64,000 nucleotides of DNA, from the NCBI GenBank assembly GCA_964596525.1, contig CAZQUL010000001.1:678509-742508 (forward strand). Reading direction: 5' to 3'. Of the stretch, positions 9,988-19,231 are shown piece by piece. The position numbers were made by a program, and so were the translations under genes. The notes below the pieces were generated by a model. The model searched no databases. It had not been told where the DNA came from and was given only the letters and a program-made list of their open reading frames with translations. Numbering within the stretch: the stretch's first letter is position 1; every line of letters starts with the position of its first letter. The stretch is from an uncultured Gammaproteobacteria bacterium. Lineage in GTDB: Bacteria > Patescibacteriota > Patescibacteriia > Magasanikbacterales > GWA2-37-8.

Positions 9988-11250
9988 ATGAAACACACAG
10001 AAGAACATCTTATCGCCGGCCTCGATATCGGATCTTCTATGGTGCGCGTGGCGGTTGGGCAGCATCTCGAGCGCGGCGCTGAAGGCGAAGTACATATTTT
10101 GGGTGCGGCCGAAGTGCCGTCCCAGGGCGTTCATCGCGGCGTTATAAGCAGTATTGAAGACGTGGTCTCGTCGGTTTCAGCATGTATTGAAGAAGTAGAG
10201 CGCATGGTAGGCGAGCCGCTCGATCGCGTCTGGCTTGGTATTGCTGGAGGTGCCATTACCTCACAGCTCAGCAAGGGCGTCGTGGCTGTTTCCAAAGGCG
10301 ACAATGAAATCAGCGATGAAGACGTGGAGCGCGCCATCGAAGCTTCGCGCGCTATCGCGACCCCGCTTAATTACGAAATTTTGCATGCTTTGCCGCGTTC
10401 TTTCACTATTGATGGCCAGGCTGGCATTAAAGATCCAGTGGGTATGACCGGTGTGCGTCTCGAAGTGGACACGCACATCATTCTTGCTCCTTCGGCTCAT
10501 GTGAAAAATATCACGAAGGCCGTGTACCGTACGGGTCTTGAAATCGAAGATATTGTTTTGTCCATTCTCGCGACGGCGGAGGTGGTGGTAACCCAGCGAC
10601 AGAAAGAATTGGGTGTGGTCGTTGTTAACATCGGTGCTACTACGACGAGCATTGCCATTTTTGAAGAAGGGGATTTGGTGCATACGGCGGTCTTGCCGAT
10701 CGGTTCGGGCCATATCACCAATGACATTGCTATCGGACTTAGAACGTCGATCGATGTGGCTGAGGCTGTTAAGCTCACGTACGCCGATTGTTCCCTTGCT
10801 TCTATTACTAAAGATGATCAGTTCGATTTAGCTGAGCTTGGGGCGGCAGATCATGAGCTTATTAAAAAAGCGTATTTACTCGAAATTGTGCAAGCGCGCG
10901 TTGAAGAGCTTTTGACCAAGATTTACCAGGAAATCCAGCGTGCTAAAAAAACGTCCCTTCTTCCAGCTGGTGTAGTATTTACTGGCGGTGGTGCAAAACT
11001 ACCGGGTCTTGTTGAGCAGGCGAAAAAGTATTTACGCCTACCGTCATCGCTTGGCGTGCCTATGAACCTAGTGAGTGTTACGGACAAGGGAACGGATATG
11101 AGTTTTTCAACCGTGCTTGGCCTTGTGAAGTGGGGGGCGGCGCTCAAGCCGTACGACTCTGGACGCTCGGGCGGAAACGGTAATATGAAAAAAGTCGGCG
11201 GTCAGGTGGGTAAGCAAGTTAAAGAATGGTTTAAGGCACTGATACCATAA
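9988..11250 (+). CDS. ftsA: Cell division protein FtsA.
   Basis: Actin-like ATPase N-terminus LIAGLDIGSSMVRVAVGQ, 420 aa, directly upstream of ftsZ. Confidence 0.9.
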   Translation: MKHTEEHLIAGLDIGSSMVRVAVGQHLERGAEGEVHILGAAEVPSQGVHRGVISSIEDVVSSVSACIEEVERMVGEPLDRVWLGIAGGAITSQLSKGVVAVSKGDNEISDEDVERAIEASRAIATPLNYEILHALPRSFTIDGQAGIKDPVGMTGVRLEVDTHIILAPSAHVKNITKAVYRTGLEIEDIVLSILATAEVVVTQRQKELGVVVVNIGATTTSIAIFEEGDLVHTAVLPIGSGHITNDIAIGLRTSIDVAEAVKLTYADCSLASITKDDQFDLAELGAADHELIKKAYLLEIVQARVEELLTKIYQEIQRAKKTSLLPAGVVFTGGGAKLPGLVEQAKKYLRLPSSLGVPMNLVSVTDKGTDMSFSTVLGLVKWGAALKPYDSGRSGGNGNMKKVGGQVGKQVKEWFKALIP

Positions 11251-11263
11251 AGTGTTCTCTAGC

Positions 11264-11300
11264 AGACGCGACAAACCCGCGTCTGTTTTGTTTTTTTACT
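11264..11300 (+). terminator. Rho-independent terminator after ftsA.
   Basis: Stem AGACGCG/CGCGTCT with loop ACAAACC, followed by GTTTTGTTTTTTT. Confidence 0.7.
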
Positions 11301-11320
11301 GGATGTAACCGGTGATTTTC

Positions 11321-11349
11321 TTGACAAGGGAAGGGCTAAAACTTATACT
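11321..11349 (+). promoter_or_regulatory. σ70-type promoter of ftsZ (TTGACA-17-TATACT).
   Basis: TTGACA at 11321-11326, a 17-nt spacer and TATACT at 11344-11349, about 70 nt upstream of the ftsZ ATG. Confidence 0.65.
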
Positions 11350-11420
11350 ACCTGCACGGATATTTTTTGCTTTATTACGATAAAAAGTTGAATACTATAG
11401 GTGTTCACTAATACCTGAAT

Positions 11421-12644
11421 ATGCCCCAAGTTAAACCAGAGCTTGAGACCGTTGCCAAAATTAAGGTCATCGGGGTGGGAGGATCCGGTGGTTCAACACT
11501 CAACCGCATGATCAACGGCAAGGTGCGCGGCGTGGAGTTTATCGCGATGAATACCGATGCGCAGGCTTTGTCAGCTAATCTTGCTCCAACTAAATTGCAT
11601 ATCGGAAAAACGGTGACGCGCGGTTTGGGGGCTGGCATGGATCCAGAAGTGGGCAGAAAAGCTGCCGAAGAATCCCAAAATGAAATCCGTGAACTTCTCA
11701 AAGATACTGACATGGTGTTCATCACCTGCGGTTTGGGTGGTGGTACGGGTACGGGCGCGAGTCCGGTCGTTGCCGAAATTGCCCGCGAGCTGGGTGCGTT
11801 GACCGTTGCTGTTGTTACCAAGCCCTTTGCTTTCGAAGGCAGGCAGCGCGGGGCGATTGCCGAAAAAGGCTGGGCAGCGCTCGGCGAAAAAGTGGACACG
11901 ATCATCACTATTCCAAACGATCGCATTTTGCAGATCATCGACAAACGCACCACGCTTCTCGACGCGTTCCGCACAGTTGACGAAGTGATGCGCCAAGGCG
12001 TGCAAGGAATTTCTGAGCTTATTACTATTCCTGGTCTCATCAATGTCGACTTCGCTGACGTGAAAGCTGTTATGACCAACACCGGATCTGCCCTCATGGG
12101 TATCGGCGTTGCGACCGGCGATAACCGCGGCGTGGACGCAGCTAAAGCAGCTATTTCCAGTCCGCTCCTGGATATTTCCATCGAGGGTGCTAAGGGTATT
12201 CTCTTCACCATTACTGGTGGTACCGACCTCACCATGGCTGAAGTGAGTGAAGCGGCAAAAATAATCACTTCGTCGGCGGCGGAAGAAGCGAAAATCATTT
12301 TCGGCGCCAACATCGATGAGACCCTCACGAGCGGCGAGATCCGTATTACCGTTATCGCGACTGGTTTTGATGCGGAAGAAGAAGTAGTTAAAAAAGAAGA
12401 GCCGGCTACGACGTTTTTTGCCGGTGGCAAGTTCATGCCAACCATCAAGAAAACTCCGCCCAAAGAAGTTGTTGAAGAAGAGCCGCCGCGCGTCTTCAAA
12501 CCTCAACCTACGACAGTGCGCGCCCCATCCTTCCCGCCGCCAGCCTCCCGCCAACCGGTCGTTCCCGACCAGTCCAAAGACGCTTCGGGCGATGATGCGG
12601 CGCTTGATATCCCCGCTTTCATCCGCAAAAAAATGGAAATCTAA
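11421..12644 (+). CDS. ftsZ: Cell division GTPase FtsZ.
   Basis: Tubulin signature GGGTGTG (ITCGLGGGTGTGASP), the N-terminal IKVIGVGGSGGSTLNRM, and the conserved C-terminal peptide DIPAFIRKK. Confidence 0.95.
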   Translation: MPQVKPELETVAKIKVIGVGGSGGSTLNRMINGKVRGVEFIAMNTDAQALSANLAPTKLHIGKTVTRGLGAGMDPEVGRKAAEESQNEIRELLKDTDMVFITCGLGGGTGTGASPVVAEIARELGALTVAVVTKPFAFEGRQRGAIAEKGWAALGEKVDTIITIPNDRILQIIDKRTTLLDAFRTVDEVMRQGVQGISELITIPGLINVDFADVKAVMTNTGSALMGIGVATGDNRGVDAAKAAISSPLLDISIEGAKGILFTITGGTDLTMAEVSEAAKIITSSAAEEAKIIFGANIDETLTSGEIRITVIATGFDAEEEVVKKEEPATTFFAGGKFMPTIKKTPPKEVVEEEPPRVFKPQPTTVRAPSFPPPASRQPVVPDQSKDASGDDAALDIPAFIRKKMEI

Positions 12645-12744
12645 CATGAGGGCTTGTGAGGCTACTGAGGCTTGTGGGTTAGTAAGGCACGTTGTGTGAC
12701 GTGCGGACCTCATAAGCTTCGCGCCACATGAGCCTTTTTCATAT

Positions 12745-13200
12745 ATGCGCTGCCCGGTCTGTAATCATCGCGAGGTGAGCGTCGTCGAAACCCGTGCCAG
12801 TGAAGATGGTATGATGGTCCGTCGCCGCCGTGAATGCGAAAAGTGTAAGTATCGTTTTTCCACGAGCGAAGAAGTGGAGCTTTTGGATATCATCGTAGTC
12901 AAAGAAGACGGCCGCCGCGAAAGTTATATGCGCGAAAAAATGGAGCAAGGGATTAAACGTTCCCTCACCAAACGTTCTTACAAGCAAGAAGATTTCCGTC
13001 ATCTCATCCATACCATTGAGCGCGATATTCAAAAAAAGAAAAGCCGCGAAGTGGCTAGTAAAGAAATCGGCAAGCTCGTCATGAAGCATTTGCGGGCTTT
13101 TGATGGCGTTGCTTATATCCGTTTCGCGAGCGTGTACCGGGATTTTAAAGATGTTGAAACATTTGAAAAAGAGCTTAAAAAGATTTCTACCCAACGTTAG
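12745..13200 (+). CDS. nrdR: Transcriptional repressor NrdR.
   Basis: N-terminal zinc ribbon MRCPVCNHREVSVVETR...CEKCKYRFSTSE followed by an ATP-cone, 151 aa. Confidence 0.9.
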   Translation: MRCPVCNHREVSVVETRASEDGMMVRRRRECEKCKYRFSTSEEVELLDIIVVKEDGRRESYMREKMEQGIKRSLTKRSYKQEDFRHLIHTIERDIQKKKSREVASKEIGKLVMKHLRAFDGVAYIRFASVYRDFKDVETFEKELKKISTQR

Positions 13201-13222
13201 TTTTTTATTTTTTACAAAATCT

Positions 13223-13639
13223 ATGGACCAGCAACCTCCGCTTTCCGCCGAGCCGACCAAGCCTACGCTCGAAGAAAAAATGTCCCGCCCGCCCGGAGCT
13301 GCCGCCATGCCGCAGGTGACGTCGCTTGATACGCTCAAGAGCCTGCTCGAAAAAAATCTTAAATGGTCGGAGCTTATCTACGAACAAAACAAAAAAATTC
13401 GCCGCCATTTTTTGTGGGTCAGCCTTTATACTGCGGCAAAAATCGTTATCGTGGTTGGTGCGGTGGCAACGGCGGTCATCTTCGCTTCTGCGTGGTATAA
13501 AGGACTGCAAAAGAAATACCCGCTCGTCTTTGGTTCTCGTGCGCAGACTGCCACATCGACACAACCCTTTGATGAGTTTCTTAAGGCGCTGCCCTTGAGC
13601 GATGCGCAGCGCGCGCAGGTGAAAGAATGGGTAAAGTAA
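13223..13639 (+). CDS. Hypothetical membrane protein.
   Basis: An internal ATG at 13223 avoids overlap with nrdR. One TM helix (VSLYTAAKIVIVVGAVATAVIFASAW). No recognised motif. Confidence 0.4.
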   Translation: MDQQPPLSAEPTKPTLEEKMSRPPGAAAMPQVTSLDTLKSLLEKNLKWSELIYEQNKKIRRHFLWVSLYTAAKIVIVVGAVATAVIFASAWYKGLQKKYPLVFGSRAQTATSTQPFDEFLKALPLSDAQRAQVKEWVK

Positions 13640-13667
13640 TTTGATTAATCTAGGAGGAGTTCTTTCT

Positions 13668-15107
13668 ATGCCACTTCTTTATACCAAAATCGGCGCCACT
13701 ATCGGACCGTCGTGTGCAACGCCCGAGATTATCGCGGACATGATCCGCGGGGGGATGACGTTTGCGCGTCTCAATTTTTCGCACGGCACTTATGATGATC
13801 ATGCCAAGCTTATCGCTGCTATTCGGAGTGCGGCCAAAAGCGCTGGGCGGCATGTGGCTATCATGCAGGATCTGCAGGGGCCTAAACTGCGCATCGGGGC
13901 GGTGCCTCCCGAGGGAGTAGCAGTTGCAGCGGGTGATAATGTAGTACTTTGTACTACGAAACATGAATATGAACGATCCGGTGAACTGCCGCTCCCGATT
14001 GCGGGTCTCGAGAAAAACATCAAACCTGGTGAGCGGATTCTTATTGACGATGGAACGATTGCGACGGTGGTTGTGGCAACTGCGCCGGGTGCGATTACCG
14101 TCCGGGTTGAAATCGGAGGAAAAGTGAAGGCGCACAAGGGCCTCAATTTTCCGGACAGCAGTTTGGTGGGTATTCCTGCGCTGTCGGAAAAAGATAAAAA
14201 TGATGTGTCGTTCGGCGTTGCCCAGGGCGTGGATTTGATTGCGCTTTCATTCGTTAAACGGCCGCGCGACGTGGTGGAGCTCAAAAGCCATATTGCTAGC
14301 GTGCAGCGCAGTCTCGGCAAACCGATCGTGCCGGTGCCGGTGATTGCCAAGATCGAGCGGCCGGAAGCGCTTGAAGACATTGATCGGATTGTGGAAGTGA
14401 CGGATGGCGTACTCGTGGCGCGCGGTGATTTGGGTCTTGAAACGCCGATGGAACGCCTGGCAGTAGAGCAAAAAGCCATCATTGAAGCCGCGCGGCGTCA
14501 GGCTAAACCGGTTATGATCGCGACGCACCTTCTGGCTTCCATGGAACATAATGCCATACCTACGCGAGCCGAAATCTCGGATGTTGGTCACGCGGTGATC
14601 GATCGTGCTGATGCGCTCTTGCTTACCAATGAAACCGCGGTTGGGGAACATCCGGTTTCGGCAGTGCGCTTTTTGGCGCAAACGGCCAGAGCTACCGAGC
14701 AGACTGCGCTCGATGACGTGGTTATTGCCGGTATTACGGTACCCGATCATCATATCAACTACAGCATTCATGAAATCGCAGAACTTTTACGATCGCATCC
14801 TTTGGTGGATCGGATTGTGGCGTACTCGGTGAACGGCAAAGCTATTCGAACCGTTGCGGCACTGCGCCTTACGATTCCAACCGTAGCGGTGACGAGTGAA
14901 GAACCTGTTTATGCATTGAGTTCCGTGGTGTGGGGAGGGGAAACGCTCTACGTCCCCAAAGCGTGGAATAGTCGCGGCGAGCTCGAGCGGGCGGTTATGG
15001 AAACCGTGCGTGCGCATACCAAAATAACCAAGCGCGAGCGCATCCTCTTTATTACCGATGAAGTCTTTTCGCCGGATGAGCTTATGGCTCAAATCAAAGA
15101 ATTATAA
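13668..15107 (+). CDS. pyk: Pyruvate kinase.
   Basis: TKIGATIGPSC...MTFARLNFSHG matches the PK N-terminal signature. GGAGG lies 9 nt upstream of the ATG at 13668. Length is about 480 aa. Confidence 0.9.
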   Translation: MPLLYTKIGATIGPSCATPEIIADMIRGGMTFARLNFSHGTYDDHAKLIAAIRSAAKSAGRHVAIMQDLQGPKLRIGAVPPEGVAVAAGDNVVLCTTKHEYERSGELPLPIAGLEKNIKPGERILIDDGTIATVVVATAPGAITVRVEIGGKVKAHKGLNFPDSSLVGIPALSEKDKNDVSFGVAQGVDLIALSFVKRPRDVVELKSHIASVQRSLGKPIVPVPVIAKIERPEALEDIDRIVEVTDGVLVARGDLGLETPMERLAVEQKAIIEAARRQAKPVMIATHLLASMEHNAIPTRAEISDVGHAVIDRADALLLTNETAVGEHPVSAVRFLAQTARATEQTALDDVVIAGITVPDHHINYSIHEIAELLRSHPLVDRIVAYSVNGKAIRTVAALRLTIPTVAVTSEEPVYALSSVVWGGETLYVPKAWNSRGELERAVMETVRAHTKITKRERILFITDEVFSPDELMAQIKEL

Positions 15108-15111
15108 AAAT

Positions 15112-15145
15112 ACACCCTCCGTTTCTCGGAGGGTGTAAATTTTTA
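15112..15145. terminator. Bidirectional rho-independent terminator between pyk (+) and the convergent minus-strand genes.
   Basis: ACACCCTCCG-TTTCT-CGGAGGGTGT hairpin flanked by AAAAA on the 5' side and TTTTT on the 3' side. Confidence 0.7.
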
Positions 15146-15427
15146 GGCAGCGGCACGTTTGGCGCCTGGACGTTTTATGACACCGGCACTGATTGCTCGC
15201 TGTTCATCGATGCGTTTGGCGTCGGGTTTTGCTTGTAGGGTGGCTTGGATTTTTTTAATCTCGTCGCCAATTTCATCGCCGCTATTATCTTCATCCAGAA
15301 GGCCTTTTTCGGCCAAATAGGGGGTTTGTTTGTGCGCTTTTTCCTGATCAATTTTGCGGTTTAAATTATCTTGCTTTTTCTCACTGGCTAAAATTGAGGG
15401 CTTTGCTCCGCGCATATGAAAGATCAA
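15143..15427 (-). CDS. Hypothetical small Lys/Glu-rich protein.
   Basis: 94-aa ORF downstream of glyA on the minus strand. Low-complexity charged sequence with no motif recognised. Confidence 0.3.
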   Translation of the reverse strand: MIFHMRGAKPSILASEKKQDNLNRKIDQEKAHKQTPYLAEKGLLDEDNSGDEIGDEIKKIQATLQAKPDAKRIDEQRAISAGVIKRPGAKRAAA

Positions 15428-15435
15428 GTTACTAT

Positions 15436-16689
15436 TTAAAAAGTAAACAAAGGGAATTTTTTGGTCAGCTCGTTCACGTCATTCCGGATGGATGTAAGTT
15501 TTGATTCGTCGGCGTGATGCGTAATCGCGGTGTCGATCCAGGCGGCGATCTGTTTCATTTCTTCTTCCTTCATACCGCGCGTGGTGAGGGCCGGGGTGCC
15601 AAGCCGGATACCCGAAGGGTCCATGGGGGAGCGCTGGTCGTTTGGAACCATGTTTTTGTTAACGGTGATACCAGCTTTATCCAAAGCGATTTGCGCTTCT
15701 TTCCCGCTCACTCCTTTGTTCGTGAGATCGATGAGGAGTAGGTGATTTTCGGTCGTGCCGAAACAGATGGTGTAGCCTCGTTCTTTGAACGCCGCTTCTA
15801 ACACTTTGACGTTTTTCTTTATCTGCGTGACATAGGTTTTGAATTCTGGTTTGAGCGCTTCTTTGAATGCGACGGCTTTGGCGGCAATGACATTTTCATG
15901 GGGGCCGCCCTGGAGACCGGGGAAGACGGCTTTGTTGATGTCTTTCGCAAAGCGTTCTTTGCACATAATCATGCCGCCGCGCGGACCGCGGAGCGTTTTA
16001 TGCGTGGTGGTCGTCACGACGTCAAAAAGAGGTACTGGGTTTGTCATTGCGCCGCCTGCGATGAGGCCGGCGATATGGGCAATGTCGGCCATGGTGATGG
16101 CGCCCACTTCGTCGGCGATGGCTCTAACGGCCGCATAGTCGATCTCGCGCGAGTAAGCGGAGTAGCCGACGAGGATGATTTTCGGTTTGTGCTCTTTAGC
16201 CATGGCGCGCAGGTTGTCGAGGTCGATTGTGCCCGCGGCCGTGGTTTGGTAGCGCACGAAGTTGAAAATGTGGGCCATGAACGTGACTGGATGGCCGTGG
16301 GTGAGATGGCCGCCGTGGGCAAGGTCCATGCCAAGCACCGTATCGCCGGGTTTGAGAAGTGCCGCATATACGGCGATATTGGCTGGCGCACCCGAGAGCG
16401 GCTGTACGTTAACATGTTCGGCGCCGAAAAGTTTTTTGGCACGGTCGATGGCGAGCTGTTCGATGATGTCGATATATTCGCAGCCACCGTAGTAGCGTTT
16501 GCCTGGGTAGCCTTCGGCGTATTTGTTGGTGGCGATTGAGCCGAGCGCTTCGAGCACGGCCGGGGAGACGAAGTTCTCTGACGGTATCATTTCGAGCCCG
16601 GTTGTTTGGCGGGTGCGTTCACGTTCGAGAGCAGTGAAGATTTCTTGGTCAAAGGAAGAAAGGGTGGTAGACATGGGTTGTAGGGACAA
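15436..16689 (-). CDS. glyA: Serine hydroxymethyltransferase.
   Basis: SENFVSPAVLEALGS...NKYAEGYPGKRYYGGCEYID, and a PLP-Lys region TTTTHKTLRGPRGG. 417 aa. Confidence 0.95.
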   Translation of the reverse strand: MSLQPMSTTLSSFDQEIFTALERERTRQTTGLEMIPSENFVSPAVLEALGSIATNKYAEGYPGKRYYGGCEYIDIIEQLAIDRAKKLFGAEHVNVQPLSGAPANIAVYAALLKPGDTVLGMDLAHGGHLTHGHPVTFMAHIFNFVRYQTTAAGTIDLDNLRAMAKEHKPKIILVGYSAYSREIDYAAVRAIADEVGAITMADIAHIAGLIAGGAMTNPVPLFDVVTTTTHKTLRGPRGGMIMCKERFAKDINKAVFPGLQGGPHENVIAAKAVAFKEALKPEFKTYVTQIKKNVKVLEAAFKERGYTICFGTTENHLLLIDLTNKGVSGKEAQIALDKAGITVNKNMVPNDQRSPMDPSGIRLGTPALTTRGMKEEEMKQIAAWIDTAITHHADESKLTSIRNDVNELTKKFPLFTF

Positions 16690-16728
16690 CTACAGCCCTA
16701 GTGTAGCAGGGGGTTGGTCGGTTGACAA

Positions 16729-18729
16729 TTAGCGGCCTGAAGAAGGGCGGCGAGATTGGCGTGTCCGCACGGCAGACGGCAAGGAGCTCGAAGGGCGAGG
16801 TGCTCCGGAATGGCGCAAGCGGTGCGTGAGGCCAAAAACGGCGGCTAAGATAATGATGGTTACGGCGATCGAAATGCCGATGGTGGCATACCAGAAACGT
16901 TCGCGTGCTGAGAGTCCCTCCCCGCTGCCCCACACGCCAAATTTCAGCGGCGTGCTCTTGAGTTGCTTTATCTCAGCATACGAAAATTGATTATCTTGAT
17001 TCACTACCAGTGTATTTCCTGTGGTGTCATACCATCCTTCTCCTGCCATAAGCGTGTCAGTAAGGCGAGAGAGACCTTCGGGCCAGAACGTAGTTGTGAG
17101 CGAGATGACGGGGTATTCTTTTTCGAGAAATGTTTCAAGTACTGCGAAACGTCCAGCCATGTTCATGCGGGCGGAAAGTTCCGGGGCAGCAACCGTAAGC
17201 GAAGGTGGGTCGATGAGACGTTGCAATGACGGAAAAAGAGTGGGTTGCGAGCTGATGAGCACCGAAGGTTTGGTAATGTCGATGTCGGGATGAAGCCAGT
17301 TGACCGTTGGACGTAAGGGGCGAGGGCTTAAGCGTTGCCAGAGTGTTATAAGGCGTGCGGCAGCATTCCAGGATCGCTCATCGTTTTTTTCGACGAAGAG
17401 ATCGAATACCGGCAGAAGTGCTTGCGGGAATTTATCGAAAAGCGGAGTAAAAATAGGGGATGAGGTGGCGGTAATAAATGAGGTTGCGTCGATATCGAGT
17501 GTCATGTTGTGTAGTCCGATACGACAGTTGCCGCCGGGAGGGGTGTAGTTAGCAATGATATCTAGTTTATTGTCACGCGCTAGAAATTCATCGGGAAGTT
17601 CGATGGTGCGGCGAAAACGTTCACCCTCTTCGGAAAGAGCGTAAGAATCCACGAGGTGATTATTAAGAAATGTCGCCAGCGTCCCTATGCCACCTTTTTG
17701 CAATACCGAAGAAATACCGTGCAGATTCAAGCTGATGTTACGAACCGGGCCGCCCAAAGCCGCTTGCGAGAAACCAATAGTGGTTTTTGTTTCTCCGGAG
17801 CCTTGCAGTCTTAGCAATGGATAGCCAAGCTCCTTGAGATCTAGATGGTAAGAAGTAGTAGGGAAAAATGGGGTGCGGGCAAACGTAGTGTCACTATTTT
17901 TAGTCAGGAGTAGTTCGCGGACCGGAGATGAGAACAGGGTTTCGACTGCTTCGTTTAGGTGGTCGGGTGCGGCGGAAAGCGCGAGGATTGGCCAGCCGTT
18001 ACTCGCGGGAACAAGGGTGAGGCGGGGAATGGTGCTTGAGCTAGAAGTAATAAGCACGGCGCGTTCGTAAGGACCGATACCTGGCGCGTCCAAGGTGCGC
18101 GCTGCAACCCGCACATCGATTGCACGGCCATTTAAAAGATGCTGTGTCCGGCCGGCTAAATTGAATGCGGCAGTGAGTTCTTCTGCGGTTGGAACCGGGG
18201 AGACGTAAATGGCTAGGCGCCGCAAAGTCGGTGGGAAAAAATCTTTAAGCGTCGCTGGTTTTTGCGCGTCCCCGTCTACCGTTACACGGATATCTGAAAT
18301 ATCGATCCAACGGGCCCGTAACGCCGAGCATGTGTCAGTATCGCTTGATACCATAACGGCTCGCAGGGAAACCGTCAGCCGACCGTCTTCAACCGGCAGG
18401 TTGGTAAGAGGGAAAATAACTTCTTGAGGTTTGGAATTAAAGGCAAAGCTTGCAACTAGCCGACCTTGGTGCTCGAGAGCTATGAAACCATCGCCGATAT
18501 TGGGAGTAGGGGTAAGGTAAAACCGCATGTCTACGGGCGTCTGTCCGTTGGCTACAGGGATGGAAACGAAACTCTCCGCATTGGTTCCGCTTAGGCGCAC
18601 GCTTTCCCCGTATCCGTAATCATGTAGCGAAAATTCTTCGAGGGCAATAGCCGGACGCGCAAAACAACCTATCATCAATGTGAAAAGAACGGAGGTGAGT
18701 TTATAAAAGAGATTCTTTTTTTGTCTCAT
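16729..18729 (-). CDS. Large periplasmic/exported protein with an N-terminal signal and a C-terminal TM anchor. Possibly a BcsB-like partner subunit of the adjacent GT2 synthase.
   Basis: 666 aa. The N-terminal hydrophobic segment is LTSVLFTLMIGCF, and the C-terminal TM is WYATIGISIAVTIIILAAVFGL followed by a basic tail. It lies downstream of the processive GT2 gene, the same gene order as bcsA-bcsB. No catalytic motif recognised. Confidence 0.4.
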   Translation of the reverse strand: MRQKKNLFYKLTSVLFTLMIGCFARPAIALEEFSLHDYGYGESVRLSGTNAESFVSIPVANGQTPVDMRFYLTPTPNIGDGFIALEHQGRLVASFAFNSKPQEVIFPLTNLPVEDGRLTVSLRAVMVSSDTDTCSALRARWIDISDIRVTVDGDAQKPATLKDFFPPTLRRLAIYVSPVPTAEELTAAFNLAGRTQHLLNGRAIDVRVAARTLDAPGIGPYERAVLITSSSSTIPRLTLVPASNGWPILALSAAPDHLNEAVETLFSSPVRELLLTKNSDTTFARTPFFPTTSYHLDLKELGYPLLRLQGSGETKTTIGFSQAALGGPVRNISLNLHGISSVLQKGGIGTLATFLNNHLVDSYALSEEGERFRRTIELPDEFLARDNKLDIIANYTPPGGNCRIGLHNMTLDIDATSFITATSSPIFTPLFDKFPQALLPVFDLFVEKNDERSWNAAARLITLWQRLSPRPLRPTVNWLHPDIDITKPSVLISSQPTLFPSLQRLIDPPSLTVAAPELSARMNMAGRFAVLETFLEKEYPVISLTTTFWPEGLSRLTDTLMAGEGWYDTTGNTLVVNQDNQFSYAEIKQLKSTPLKFGVWGSGEGLSARERFWYATIGISIAVTIIILAAVFGLTHRLRHSGAPRPSSSLPSAVRTRQSRRPSSGR

Positions 18730-18773
18730 ATAACTCTTTTATGATACCATATTCCTGCTTATCAAGAAATTTT

Positions 18774-19163
18774 ATGCCGCACTTCCTAATTGTTGAAGAC
18801 GATGAATTTTTGGCCGATGCGTACCAAGCGTTTCTCAAAAAACGCCACCACACCTTTGATATCGCGCATGATGGGGCTGAGGCCTTGCGTATGATTGATA
18901 AAAGAAAACCGGAGGTGGTGATTCTTGATTTGGTGATGCCCAACGTTGACGGAGTCGCCTTCCTTAAGACGCTAAAAAAACAGAATCTTTTGGATGACAT
19001 GCCAGTGATCGTTGCATCGAATATCTCTGATAATGAGACTATGGAAGAATGTAAGAAACTGGGGGCTCGTGATTTTATTGTAAAAAGTTCTTCTTCGCTT
19101 AATGAGCTTATGGAGCGTTCTTTGGCACTTCTCGCGCCGTCGCGGACATCAAAAAGAAAATGA
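18774..19163 (+). CDS. Stand-alone CheY-like response-regulator receiver domain.
   Basis: FLIVEDDEFLADA (acidic pocket), phospho-acceptor D in VVILDLVMP, then VIVASN and the conserved K in FIVKS. Start taken at the internal ATG 18774 (MPHFLIVEDD). Confidence 0.75.
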   Translation: MPHFLIVEDDEFLADAYQAFLKKRHHTFDIAHDGAEALRMIDKRKPEVVILDLVMPNVDGVAFLKTLKKQNLLDDMPVIVASNISDNETMEECKKLGARDFIVKSSSSLNELMERSLALLAPSRTSKRK

Positions 19164-19197
19164 TCAGCTTAATTTTTTAGGCCGTCAATTATTTTTA

Positions 19198-19231
19198 ACC
19201 CGCCATGCCTACAAAGCGTGGCGGGTTTTTT
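19198..19231 (+). terminator. Terminator of the receiver gene, overlapping the 3' end of the convergent GT2 CDS.
   Basis: Hairpin AACCCGCCATGC...GCGTGGCGGGTT followed by TTTTTT on the + strand. Confidence 0.5.

Noticed and set aside
11408-12713. Two long minus-strand ORFs (363 and 380 aa) overlapping ftsZ.
   Set aside because: They are antisense to an unambiguous FtsZ CDS and have shadow-like composition (Arg/Ser-rich).
13650-14771. Minus-strand ORFs (161, 227, 174 aa) overlapping pyk, and plus-strand ORFs 15839..16539 overlapping glyA.
   Set aside because: They are antisense to confidently identified housekeeping genes and have no motifs.
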